This document shows, piece after piece, positions 17,367 through 25,975 of a stretch of 64,000 bases of DNA. The notes beneath the pieces are model-generated. The model was not told the DNA's origin and did not search any database. It worked only from the letters and a program-made list of their open reading frames with translations. The stretch's first letter is position 1. Each line of letters begins with the position of its first letter. The position numbers and the translations under genes are program-made. The stretch is from Methylococcaceae bacterium. GTDB taxonomy: Bacteria > Pseudomonadota > Gammaproteobacteria > Methylococcales > Methylomonadaceae. The stretch lies in assembly GCA_007280895.1 (NCBI GenBank), contig QYQN01000023.1:30861-94860 (forward strand). The letters are read 5' to 3'.

Positions 17367-18188
17367 TTAAGCTTTAGCTGCTAAAAGAAGTTTGTTGCGC
17401 TCAATTTGTAAAATATAACTTTGAATATGATCTTCAAAAACAGGAGCAATGCGAGTAAATTTACAGCCAATGCGCTCTATTTTTAAATAAAATTCATGCG
17501 TAAATTTAAATATAAATCTTTTTTTAACAGACTCCTCGATACGCTTAAATCGACAACCCAACTCTTTTAATGACCTAGCATTTTTTTCAGTTAACACCTC
17601 TTGGTACTGAATTTCAAATGAAACAATACCTTCAAAGCTATTAGCTAAAAATATCCTACAGTTTAAAAACTGCTTACCTTCTGTGAATAGAGAGGATAGG
17701 GCGCTTCGCTCATTTAATAAAGCAAAGCCCGTCAAGCTAATATCTATTAATTTTATTTGTACTTCTTCCTGACCAAACCAAGGCAGTAAACAATAATTTG
17801 ATTTTTCTTGAGGTAAAGTGACGCGATGAAATCCTCTAAATTCTAACCAAGCCAAACTATCTGGAAAAGGAACTAAAAATGCGCGGGCATTACTAAAACG
17901 CGTTTCCTGCAACGCTTGAGTAGTAAAAACAATTTTTACACCATGATAATCTGAATTAAAAGCAAGGCTAGAACACGCTAAAAATTGCTTAGTCAAGGTA
18001 AGCTTAGGATCAAGGTAAAAAATTAATGTGCGTGTTTGAAGGTTAATTTCTAATAATTTAGTTCTTACAACTTCATCATTATGATCATCAGTAGAAGCAT
18101 ACATAACACAATCATGCTTACATAAAATTGCCAATTTATTAGCAATTAACTCCGGCTTGGTTATTACAAGAACAGGATCTATTTTCAT
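17367..18188 (-). CDS. flgZ: PilZ-domain flagellar brake-like protein (YcgR/FlgZ-like)
   Basis: RGFHR (RxxxR, residues 118-122) and DISLTG (DxSxxG, residues 149-154) with typical spacing. An N-terminal YcgR-like domain is plausible. Third gene after flgM-flgN, as in the Pseudomonas flgMNZ operon. Confidence 0.65.
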   Translation of the reverse strand: MKIDPVLVITKPELIANKLAILCKHDCVMYASTDDHNDEVVRTKLLEINLQTRTLIFYLDPKLTLTKQFLACSSLAFNSDYHGVKIVFTTQALQETRFSNARAFLVPFPDSLAWLEFRGFHRVTLPQEKSNYCLLPWFGQEEVQIKLIDISLTGFALLNERSALSSLFTEGKQFLNCRIFLANSFEGIVSFEIQYQEVLTEKNARSLKELGCRFKRIEESVKKRFIFKFTHEFYLKIERIGCKFTRIAPVFEDHIQSYILQIERNKLLLAAKA

Positions 18189-18296
18189 ATTACGATCTAC
18201 AACACAACAAGTTAAGAGGAATAATGCACAAACAATTACTTAATTTACTAAAAATTGCCAAACAACAGACGAAGCTTAATAAGCAATGAAGCAGAA

Positions 18297-18806
18297 TTAT
18301 ACCGAAAATAAAGAGCGTGAGTGTAACTCAGATTGACTTGCCCCGTTGGGGCCGTAAGTATTGGAGACTAGAGTGCTACCTTTTACAATTTGCAAAGCAC
18401 GCTCTGTGTGACGGCTTAATAATAAGATACTAGCCCCATTTTGATCATTTAATTGCTTGCACAGCAATGCATTTTCCTGGATTTTTTGCCAATCGCTTTC
18501 TAACGCAATCATATTTAATCCAGCAGACCCTACATTTTTAAAATATTGTCCAATGCCAATTCTATCAATAGATAAATTTTCAAGCCTTAAAACATCAACT
18601 AATTGCTTATTAAATGCTTCTAAATCGGCAACAAGACGCATTTTTTCCCCCGCTTTTTGACTAATTGAATCAGGGCTTGACGCAGTTTTTAATACTTTTG
18701 CCTCATCTTGCAAGGTTTTTTCCAAAACAATAATGCGCTTTAACATATCAGTCAATAAATTGACAACAAGAGGATAAGTATTTTCTATCATGGGGAAATA
18801 ACTCAA
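18297..18806 (-). CDS. flgN: Flagellar export chaperone FlgN
   Basis: Helical protein of about 165 aa directly after flgM, with FlgN-like size and position. The start is uncertain: TTG at 18806 or ATG at 18791. Confidence 0.65.
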   Translation of the reverse strand: MSYFPMIENTYPLVVNLLTDMLKRIIVLEKTLQDEAKVLKTASSPDSISQKAGEKMRLVADLEAFNKQLVDVLRLENLSIDRIGIGQYFKNVGSAGLNMIALESDWQKIQENALLCKQLNDQNGASILLLSRHTERALQIVKGSTLVSNTYGPNGASQSELHSRSLFSV

Positions 18807-18815
18807 AGAAATTTG

Positions 18816-19112
18816 TTAAGGTAACGCCAGCTCAAATTCAAGCATTTTTTTTGCAATCCTTTCAGCATTAATAACATAACTACCTTCTGATAAGGCTTTC
18901 TTTACACTATTGACTTTTTCTAAATCAAATGACTCAGAAGCCGAAGAGGATTCAAACGCTTTTTTAATTCCTTGCGCCATCGTCGTAATGGACACATCAT
19001 CTGTATCAATGTTACTTACAGCATCCGTCTTAGTGCTTTCAGGCTGATTTTTAGGGGCGCTTTTACTAGCCAATGGTGTCTGTAAGCGACCATTTATAGA
19101 TTCTATAGTCAT
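18816..19112 (-). CDS. flgM: Anti-sigma-28 factor FlgM
   Basis: 98 aa. C-terminal KVNSVKKALSEGSYVINAERIAKKMLEFE matches the FlgM sigma-28-binding region. AAGGAG Shine-Dalgarno upstream. Confidence 0.75.
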   Translation of the reverse strand: MTIESINGRLQTPLASKSAPKNQPESTKTDAVSNIDTDDVSITTMAQGIKKAFESSSASESFDLEKVNSVKKALSEGSYVINAERIAKKMLEFELALP

Positions 19113-19509
19113 ATGAAACTCCTTTATTTAAACTTTAAACTTGCAACTAGTAACGGCACCATCAATTCATTCTTTAAACATACGGTGTGACTAATTTTAA
19201 AAAATCAAAAAGTTTTTAACCATAACCTATAGATGCAATGACATTGCCGGCAAATTTTTCATTCGTCGTAAGCGTAATTCAATAGCATTAAAAACTAATA
19301 ATGCATAATAATACTCTTTGCCCATTTTGCTATTCAACCACAAATAATGAATAACAAATCAGCATTGCGCCCTCAAGCGATAACACAAATGTTAATTTCT
19401 TAAATAAAACCACGTCATAAAAAATAAGAAATTACGGATATAACAGTCTTCGCGTTAGTCATCGCTATACTATTTACGAACGACACTCACGCATTTTGGC
19501 AAACATAAC

Positions 19510-19550
19510 ATAAACAGCTTAAGCTATAAACCTATAGCAAAGCTGTTTAT
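19510..19550. repeat. 41-nt near-perfect inverted repeat (11-bp plus 6-bp arms) upstream of motA
   Basis: ataaacagctt (19510-19520) pairs perfectly with aagctgtttat (19540-19550). Inner gctata (19523-19528) pairs with tatagc (19533-19538). The loop is aacc. Confidence 0.8.
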
Positions 19551-19636
19551 TGTCGACCTACCTGAGGTTGTACGTATAATTTTAAAACATACTTGTTATT
19601 TACCTTTTACCAGTAATTTTCAATTCAGAGGAATTT

Positions 19637-20485
19637 ATGTTAGTCATTATCGGATATGTAGTTATTCTTGCTTGCCTTGGTGGTGGGTTTGTTGGAGGCG
19701 GCGGCCACATGGGAGTACTTGTTCAACCCTTTGAATTTCTTATTATTATTGGCGCAGCATTGGGTGCCTTTGTTGCGGGGAACTCCATGGACATTGTTAA
19801 AGCAGCATTTAAGGGTGGTACCGCTACCTTAAGCAACTCACCTTACAATAAAACTTTTTATCTTGAGCTCTTGCTATCGTTTAATGCCTTAACCAATAAG
19901 ATACGCAAAGAAGGCTTACTGTCGTTGGAAGATATTATTGATGAACCTCAAATTGATACTATTTTTATGCCTGCCGTATTAAAAGACCATCATTTAATGG
20001 AGTTTGTTCGCGATAATTTACGCTTAATGCTAACAGGGGTCGAGGTTGCAGCACTTGAGGAATTAACAGATCAAGTATTAGAGACGCATCATGAAGATGG
20101 ACATGGCCCGATTAAAGCCGTGCAATCCGTTGGTGATGGTTTACCCGCCTTTGGTATTGTGGCCGCTGTATTAGGTGTTGTTCACACGATGGAATCAGTG
20201 GGCATTCCACCCGCAGAATTAGGTAAACTTATTGCAGCAGCGCTTGTAGGAACATTTTTGGGTATTTTATTGGCCTATGGCTTTGTTAATCCTGTTGCCT
20301 CAGTCATGCAACAACGCTTTGAAATGGCGAGTAATGCTTATAAGTGCGTACAAAAAGGTTTACTCTGCTGCTCGAAAGGCTTATCACCCACCATGACAGT
20401 AGAATATATGCGGGCAATGATTACAGAAAATATGCGTCCTGACTTCTTTGAGCTCGAAGCGCAAATTAAAGCGAACAAAAAATAG
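19637..20485 (+). CDS. motA: Flagellar stator protein MotA
   Basis: 282 aa, 4-TM MotA/TolQ/ExbB-family pattern with a long cytoplasmic loop. GAGGA Shine-Dalgarno. Followed by motB. Confidence 0.9.
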   Translation: MLVIIGYVVILACLGGGFVGGGGHMGVLVQPFEFLIIIGAALGAFVAGNSMDIVKAAFKGGTATLSNSPYNKTFYLELLLSFNALTNKIRKEGLLSLEDIIDEPQIDTIFMPAVLKDHHLMEFVRDNLRLMLTGVEVAALEELTDQVLETHHEDGHGPIKAVQSVGDGLPAFGIVAAVLGVVHTMESVGIPPAELGKLIAAALVGTFLGILLAYGFVNPVASVMQQRFEMASNAYKCVQKGLLCCSKGLSPTMTVEYMRAMITENMRPDFFELEAQIKANKK

Positions 20486-20494
20486 GAAGCAACT

Positions 20495-21427
20495 GTGGCA
20501 GATCAACCTATCATCATCAAAAAAATTAAAAAGAAAGGCCGTGAACACCATGGTGGCGCATGGAAACTTGCCTATGCCGATTTCGTTACCGCCATGATGG
20601 CCTTCTTTTTACTTATGTGGCTTTTATCATCCACCACGCCTGATCAAAAAAAAGGCATTTCAGAGTATTTTCAAGACCCCTATAAAATTTCTTTAAATGG
20701 TGGGGAAGATGTAGGGGATAGAACTCAAGTTGAATCTCAAGGCGGACGCGACATTACCTCAGATGATCCAGGCCAGGTAGAAGATAAAACTGCCGAAGCA
20801 GCGGCATTACAACAACTAGAGCAATTAAAAAAAACCATTGAAGAAATGATTAATACAAAGCCAGAAATGAACGAATTTAAAGATCAAATAAATCTTGAAA
20901 TCACCCCAGAAGGCTTACGTATTCTCATTACTGACAAAGACAACCGCCCCATGTTTCAGCTAGCCAGCTCAGCCACCGAAGAGCATATTAAAGAAATTCT
21001 AAGGGCGTTAGGCTCAACAATAAATGGCTTACCCAATAAAATTTCTATCAATGGTCACACAGATTCACGCCCTTTTCCAGAGAATCAATCTGGTTATACA
21101 AATTGGGAATTATCAGGCGATCGCGCTAATGCGGCACGTCAAGAATTAATTGATGGTGGACTAGAAGAGCAAAAAATTTTACGCGTTTCAGGACTATCTT
21201 CTAGTATTCCTTTAAATACTGATGACCCTAATGATCCAATTAATAGAAGAATATCGATTATCGTTATGAATAAGAAGACAGAAATGAATATTATTGATAG
21301 CTTAGGTGGCGTCCCCTCGACCACTGTACCTACGGAAACAACTGTACCTACGGAGACCACTGAACCCGCTGAACTTAATGTAGAATTACCTACCGCACCA
21401 GCAGCTAATACAGCTGAACTGCAATAA
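20495..21427 (+). CDS. motB: Flagellar stator protein MotB (OmpA-like peptidoglycan-binding domain)
   Basis: GTG start. GGAWKLAYADFVTAMMAFFLLMW plug/TM region with the conserved Asp. OmpA-like domain (INGHTDSRPF...NWELSGDRANAARQ). Confidence 0.88.
   Translation: MADQPIIIKKIKKKGREHHGGAWKLAYADFVTAMMAFFLLMWLLSSTTPDQKKGISEYFQDPYKISLNGGEDVGDRTQVESQGGRDITSDDPGQVEDKTAEAAALQQLEQLKKTIEEMINTKPEMNEFKDQINLEITPEGLRILITDKDNRPMFQLASSATEEHIKEILRALGSTINGLPNKISINGHTDSRPFPENQSGYTNWELSGDRANAARQELIDGGLEEQKILRVSGLSSSIPLNTDDPNDPINRRISIIVMNKKTEMNIIDSLGGVPSTTVPTETTVPTETTEPAELNVELPTAPAANTAELQ
21320..21373 (+). repeat. In-frame 18-nt tandem repeat (about 3 units) at the motB 3' end
   Basis: accactgtacctacggaa / acaactgtacctacggag / accactgaacccgctgaa, encoding TTVPTE-TTVPTE-TTEPAE beyond the OmpA-like domain. 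Confidence 0.8.
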
Positions 21428-21456
21428 ATCGCAATAACTTACTATTTTTAGCCAAA

Positions 21457-21486
21457 GAATACACCCGCTTTACTCATGGTGTATTC
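21457..21486. terminator. Hairpin between convergent motB and flgA (candidate terminator)
   Basis: 9-bp perfect stem gaatacacc / ggtgtattc with a 12-nt loop. No strong T-run, so this is tentative. Confidence 0.4.
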
Positions 21487-21539
21487 CTTAACTAACTACT
21501 GAAATTAACTCCCGCCGTAAAACATAAATACACCTAGCG

Positions 21540-22232
21540 TCAATCAACTAACACCAAGCCCGCGTCAACAATCGTTGCATTAATAATACGACTAGAACTT
21601 TCATTTTTAACACGAATACGCTGCCCCTTCGCCCCATCCATAAGAGCAATACCCGTCATAGAAATAGAGAGCCCAGATTTTTCACTACGAATTGCGACTT
21701 TATCGCCTTTTTTAATAAGCACTGGCTCCACAATATTGCGCACACTTATCACACTACCTGCCGACATTGATCGAACTACCTGCTTATTAAGCACCTGAGA
21801 AATATCGGTAAAAAAGTCTTCTCGCAGACTTGAAATATCGCGTCGCTCAATTGATAACATGGTCTCAGTAATAATATCCCCACGCTGCATAGGTCTAGTA
21901 AGCATCACAACATCTTTAAAGACACTAATTAACACAGAGACGTAAATCGTCCATTTTTTTTCTCCCTTGCAACGCACGCCAACTGAATAACGCCCAGCGT
22001 TAATTGTTTCAGAGGACGAAAAGGCTTCGAGCGCAACCGAACACTCGGCAAGCTGTAACTGGTTATCCAAAGGCATAATATTGACTGAATAATCTACACT
22101 TGCCACCAATTTGGCATGAATGAACTGCGTAATCGTTTGATAAATATCATCATGGACAGGTAACTTCTGCTCCGCTCCCACCGCACTGATACTCATTGCA
22201 ACGATAAAAATAAGATACATTTTTTTCATCAT
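21540..22232 (-). CDS. flgA: Flagellar P-ring assembly chaperone FlgA
   Basis: Signal peptide. C-terminal SAF-like region (IKKGDKVAIRSEKSGLSISMTGIALMDGAKGQRIRVKN). Divergent from flgB. Confidence 0.85.
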   Translation of the reverse strand: MMKKMYLIFIVAMSISAVGAEQKLPVHDDIYQTITQFIHAKLVASVDYSVNIMPLDNQLQLAECSVALEAFSSSETINAGRYSVGVRCKGEKKWTIYVSVLISVFKDVVMLTRPMQRGDIITETMLSIERRDISSLREDFFTDISQVLNKQVVRSMSAGSVISVRNIVEPVLIKKGDKVAIRSEKSGLSISMTGIALMDGAKGQRIRVKNESSSRIINATIVDAGLVLVD

Positions 22233-22328
22233 AGCTCACGTACTCCTTGAATTAACCACAGCAAAACGCCAAAAAAAATAAGCCTAGGTCGTAACGCTAA
22301 GCCATTTTTTTGACGAATCCTAATAAGA

Positions 22329-22345
22329 TTGCCTAAAAAAAACCA
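22329..22345 (-). promoter_or_regulatory. Candidate sigma-54 promoter for flgA
   Basis: The minus strand reads TGGTTTTTTTTAGGCAA, giving GG-N10-GC spacing. The -12 element is weak (AGGCA against TTGCA). Confidence 0.3.
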
Positions 22346-22386
22346 AAATAACAGCCACTACATTGATAAGTATAATAAAAAATTAT

Positions 22387-22402
22387 TGGCACAAAGCATG
22401 CT
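22387..22402 (+). promoter_or_regulatory. Sigma-54 (-24/-12) promoter for flgB
   Basis: TGGCACaaagcaTGCt: exact TGGCAC, correct GG-N10-GC spacing, about 45 nt upstream of the flgB ATG. Confidence 0.6.
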
Positions 22403-22447
22403 TTAGCTTTTGTAAAATTAATTAAAACGCAATACGAGGACTACATT

Positions 22448-22840
22448 ATGACAATTAGCTTTAACAAAGCGTTAGGCATTCATCCTCAAGCGCTGGCATT
22501 ACGAGAAAAACGCAGTGAAATGATTGCTGCAAATTTAGCGAATGCTGACACGCCTAACTATAAAGCACGTGATTTGGATTTTTCTGCCGTGTTACAGAAA
22601 ACCATGTCATCAACAATGGGACTTCAACAAACGCAACAAGGACATTTAAGCTTAAGTAATGAAATGTTAGGTGCGCATTTAAAGTATCGCAATCCTAACC
22701 AAGTGTCATTAGACGGTAACACAGTTGAAGAGCATTTAGAACAAGCAAATTACTCTCAAAATGCCGTGCAATATGAAGCCAGTTTACAGTTTTTATCCAA
22801 TAACTTTGCCGGTCTAATGACCGCCATAAAAGGGCAATAA
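22448..22840 (+). CDS. flgB: Flagellar basal-body rod protein FlgB
   Basis: N-terminal rod motif (IAANLANADTPNYKARD). Correct size and position. Confidence 0.92.
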   Translation: MTISFNKALGIHPQALALREKRSEMIAANLANADTPNYKARDLDFSAVLQKTMSSTMGLQQTQQGHLSLSNEMLGAHLKYRNPNQVSLDGNTVEEHLEQANYSQNAVQYEASLQFLSNNFAGLMTAIKGQ

Positions 22841-22842
22841 TC

Positions 22843-23259
22843 ATGTCATCACTCAATATTTTTAATATTGCCGGCAGCGGCATGAATGCACAATCACTAC
22901 GACTTAACTTAGTCGCGAGTAATATTTCCAACGCAAGCAGTGTGAGCAGCAGCGAGGAAGACACCTATAAATCAAGACAACCGGTATTTTCCGCAGAGTT
23001 AAAAAATATACTTAATCAAAAAGATGCGGCTAGCAAAGTTAACGTATTGGGCGTTTTAGAAAGTGAAGCACCTGCGATTATGGAATACGCGCCTAATCAC
23101 CCGAAAGCTGACAAAGATGGGTATATTTTCAAACCTAATGTAAATACGGTTGAAGAAATGGCCAATATGATGTCAGCCTCTCGCTCTTATCAAAACAATG
23201 TTGAAGTGTTAAACACAGCCAAACAACTTATTTTACAAACGTTAAAAATGGGGCAATAG
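22843..23259 (+). CDS. flgC: Flagellar basal-body rod protein FlgC
   Basis: SGMNAQSLRLNLVASNISNA at the N-terminus and SRSYQNNVEVLNTAKQL at the C-terminus. Confidence 0.93.
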   Translation: MSSLNIFNIAGSGMNAQSLRLNLVASNISNASSVSSSEEDTYKSRQPVFSAELKNILNQKDAASKVNVLGVLESEAPAIMEYAPNHPKADKDGYIFKPNVNTVEEMANMMSASRSYQNNVEVLNTAKQLILQTLKMGQ

Positions 23260-23269
23260 GAATTAAATC

Positions 23270-23941
23270 ATGAGCACTATCAATCCTTATGGCGGTATTA
23301 GTAATAGCTTGCAAAACACCGGCAGCAACACTAAAAAAAATACCTTAGATCAAACTGAGTTTTTAAAATTAATGACCACGCAAATGACCCACCAAGACCC
23401 AACTAAGCCCATGGATAATAGCGAGTTTGTTTCGCAAATGGCACAATTTGGCACGGTCTCAGGCATTCAAGAGTTACAGCAATCCTTTAAAGATTTCTCT
23501 ACGTCAATTAGTTCAGATCAATCCTTACAGGCTGCAAGCTTAGTAGGACGCAATGTTTCAGTAGCCTCAGATTTTGGCGTATTACCCGCAGGTGGTGACA
23601 TTAACGGCAACTTTACCTTAGCCACCAGCTCAGCATCCACCCATGTCATCATCAGCGATCCCAATACAAATGAAATTATTAAAACAATCCCTTTAGATTC
23701 ACAGTCTGCTGGCACGATTCCATTCCAATGGGATGGCACTAACGACAACGGCGTTATGGCCAACCCAGGTCTGTATAAAATCAGAGCAGAAGCGCTCATT
23801 GATGAAACGAATACAGCCATTCAACCGAATATCATGTCAAAAGTTGACAGCGTCACCATGAGCAACAATTCAACCGGCGTGCAAGTCAATATTGCTGGCT
23901 TAGGTGCAATGAGTTTTAACAAAATTAAAGAAATACTTTAA
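23270..23941 (+). CDS. flgD: Flagellar hook capping/assembly protein FlgD
   Basis: LDQTEFLKLMTTQMTHQDPTKPMDNSEFVSQMAQF motif and a FlgD Ig-like C-terminal domain. Confidence 0.9.
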   Translation: MSTINPYGGISNSLQNTGSNTKKNTLDQTEFLKLMTTQMTHQDPTKPMDNSEFVSQMAQFGTVSGIQELQQSFKDFSTSISSDQSLQAASLVGRNVSVASDFGVLPAGGDINGNFTLATSSASTHVIISDPNTNEIIKTIPLDSQSAGTIPFQWDGTNDNGVMANPGLYKIRAEALIDETNTAIQPNIMSKVDSVTMSNNSTGVQVNIAGLGAMSFNKIKEIL

Positions 23942-23961
23942 ACATCAACAGGAGAAATATC

Positions 23962-25167
23962 ATGAGTTATTTAACTGCACTCAGCGGCCTAAGTGCCGCA
24001 TCGAATAGCTTATCTGTCACAGGTAATAATATTGCTAACGCTAACACCTCAGGATTTAAAAAATCACGTACTGAATTTGCCGACATGTATTCCGGTACCT
24101 TATTAGGTGCCAGTAAAACACAACCAGGCTCTGGCGTAGCCTTATCGCAAGTTGCCCAACAATTTAACCAAGGCAACATTGATACGACGGAAAACGTATT
24201 AGACTTAGCGATTGGTGGCGAAGGTTTTTTTACTCTTGCTCAGGATCCAACGCATCTAAATGATATGAGCTATACACGAAATGGCGCATTTAAAGTCAAT
24301 AGCGATGGTGCTGTCGTAAACAATAACGGCAATGCGCTCATGGTTACTGATGTGGGAGGCGGCACGTTAAGACCCTTGTTTTTACCAGCACGTGGCTTGC
24401 CCACAGCCACGAGCACCATGAGTTTAAATATCAATTTAGATTACAATCAAACACCGATTACTGATACCTTTGATCCTTTAAACGCCAAAACTTATAATAA
24501 CCGTAATGACTCTATTATTTACGATTCATTAGGTGGGCAACATAAAATGACCACCTATTTTACCCGCACGTCAGCTGCTGAATGGACCGCTCATCATTAC
24601 ATCACCGACGATCCCTTTACCCCTGTTCCCATCGGTAGTGGAAACGGCACACCCACCACGGTAATACCGGTTCCTTCAACGCCCTTCGCTGTGGGCCCTT
24701 GGTCGCCACCAAATGGCTCAGATCCAATTTCCATAACCATGGATTATTCAGGCTCGACATCTTTTGCCTCGCCATTTAGTGTGTCTAAGATTTCGCAAAA
24801 TGGCTATGCAGCAGGTGAATTAACAGGGATTAATATTGATGGTGATGGCTTAGTTAATGCCAAATTCAGTAATGGTGCCACGGTACCGCAAGCTCAAATT
24901 GCACTCACCCGCTTTATCAATCCTCAAGGTCTCGCAAAAATAGGTGATACCAATTGGAAAACAAGTATTGACTCAGGCTTACCCGTAACGGGTAATCCTG
25001 GCACAGGTCGGTTTGGCAATATTAAATCCAGCGCCTTAGAGCTTTCCAATGTGGATTTATCTAACCAATTAACTAATTTAATTGTTGCACAGCAAGCCTA
25101 TCAAGCTAATGCCCAAACGATTTCAACTGAAACCAGCATTATGCAAACCTTGCTACAAAAACTGTAA
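23962..25167 (+). CDS. flgE: Flagellar hook protein FlgE
   Basis: N-terminal TALSGLSAASNSLSVTGNNIANANTSGFK and C-terminal LSNVDLSNQLTNLIVAQQAYQANAQ. Confidence 0.92.
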   Translation: MSYLTALSGLSAASNSLSVTGNNIANANTSGFKKSRTEFADMYSGTLLGASKTQPGSGVALSQVAQQFNQGNIDTTENVLDLAIGGEGFFTLAQDPTHLNDMSYTRNGAFKVNSDGAVVNNNGNALMVTDVGGGTLRPLFLPARGLPTATSTMSLNINLDYNQTPITDTFDPLNAKTYNNRNDSIIYDSLGGQHKMTTYFTRTSAAEWTAHHYITDDPFTPVPIGSGNGTPTTVIPVPSTPFAVGPWSPPNGSDPISITMDYSGSTSFASPFSVSKISQNGYAAGELTGINIDGDGLVNAKFSNGATVPQAQIALTRFINPQGLAKIGDTNWKTSIDSGLPVTGNPGTGRFGNIKSSALELSNVDLSNQLTNLIVAQQAYQANAQTISTETSIMQTLLQKL

Positions 25168-25184
25168 ACTTTAGGACATAAGCC

Positions 25185-25925
25185 ATGGACAGAAGCCTTT
25201 ATATTGCAATGAGTGGTGCCAAACAAACCTTAATGGCACAAGCGACAAATGCCAATAATTTAGCCAATGCCCAAACCACTGGCTTTAAATCAGACCTGGA
25301 ACAATTTCGCAGTATGCCAGTATTTGGCGCTGGCTACCCAACGCGTGTTTATGCCATGACTGAACGACCTGGAACAGACTTTACCCCAGGTGCGATACAA
25401 ACCACGGGCAAAGAGTTGGATGTGGCCATTAATGGCGCTGGTTTTTTTGCCGTCCAAGATAGCGAAGGCAAAGAAGCATATACTCGTGCTGGTGACTTAC
25501 ATTTAACCACAGAAGGTTTATTGCAAACTGGAACGGGCTTACAAGTGCTTGGTCAGAACGGGCCGATAGCCATTCCTCCGGCTCAAAAAATGGATATTGG
25601 CAGCGATGGCACTATCAGCATTGTTCCCTTAGGTGCAAATCCAAATGCCTTGGTGGTTCTTGATCGCATCAAGATGGTTGATTTACCTGAAAACACTATT
25701 TTAAAAAAAACGGATGGGTTAATTCACACCCAAGATGGTCAGCCTCAACAAGCCAGTGCTAATGTCAGCCTTGTGCAAGGTGCGCTTGAGAGCAGCAATG
25801 TAAATTCAATTCAAGCGATGGTTGAAATGATCGAACTATCAAAGAATTTTGAATTACAAACCAAGGTGATGAAAAGTGCAAATGAGCTATCTGGCGTCAG
25901 TGCAAAACTCATGCAAATGTCATAA
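25185..25925 (+). CDS. flgF: Flagellar basal-body rod protein FlgF
   Basis: Rod-family N- and C-terminal motifs (NNLANAQTTGFK; LESSNVNSIQAMVEMIELSKNFE). Confidence 0.9.
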   Translation: MDRSLYIAMSGAKQTLMAQATNANNLANAQTTGFKSDLEQFRSMPVFGAGYPTRVYAMTERPGTDFTPGAIQTTGKELDVAINGAGFFAVQDSEGKEAYTRAGDLHLTTEGLLQTGTGLQVLGQNGPIAIPPAQKMDIGSDGTISIVPLGANPNALVVLDRIKMVDLPENTILKKTDGLIHTQDGQPQQASANVSLVQGALESSNVNSIQAMVEMIELSKNFELQTKVMKSANELSGVSAKLMQMS

Positions 25926-25975
25926 ACGTATGTGTTCGCGCTGATGTTATTAACTAATCAAACAAGGAAATTATC

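Noticed and set aside
19113-19636. Sigma-28 (TAAAG-N15-GCCGATAA) promoters for flgM or motA
   Set aside because: The best candidates (agcgataa at about 19375; gccggcaa at about 19247) lack a matching -35 element at the correct spacing. They are not good enough to annotate.
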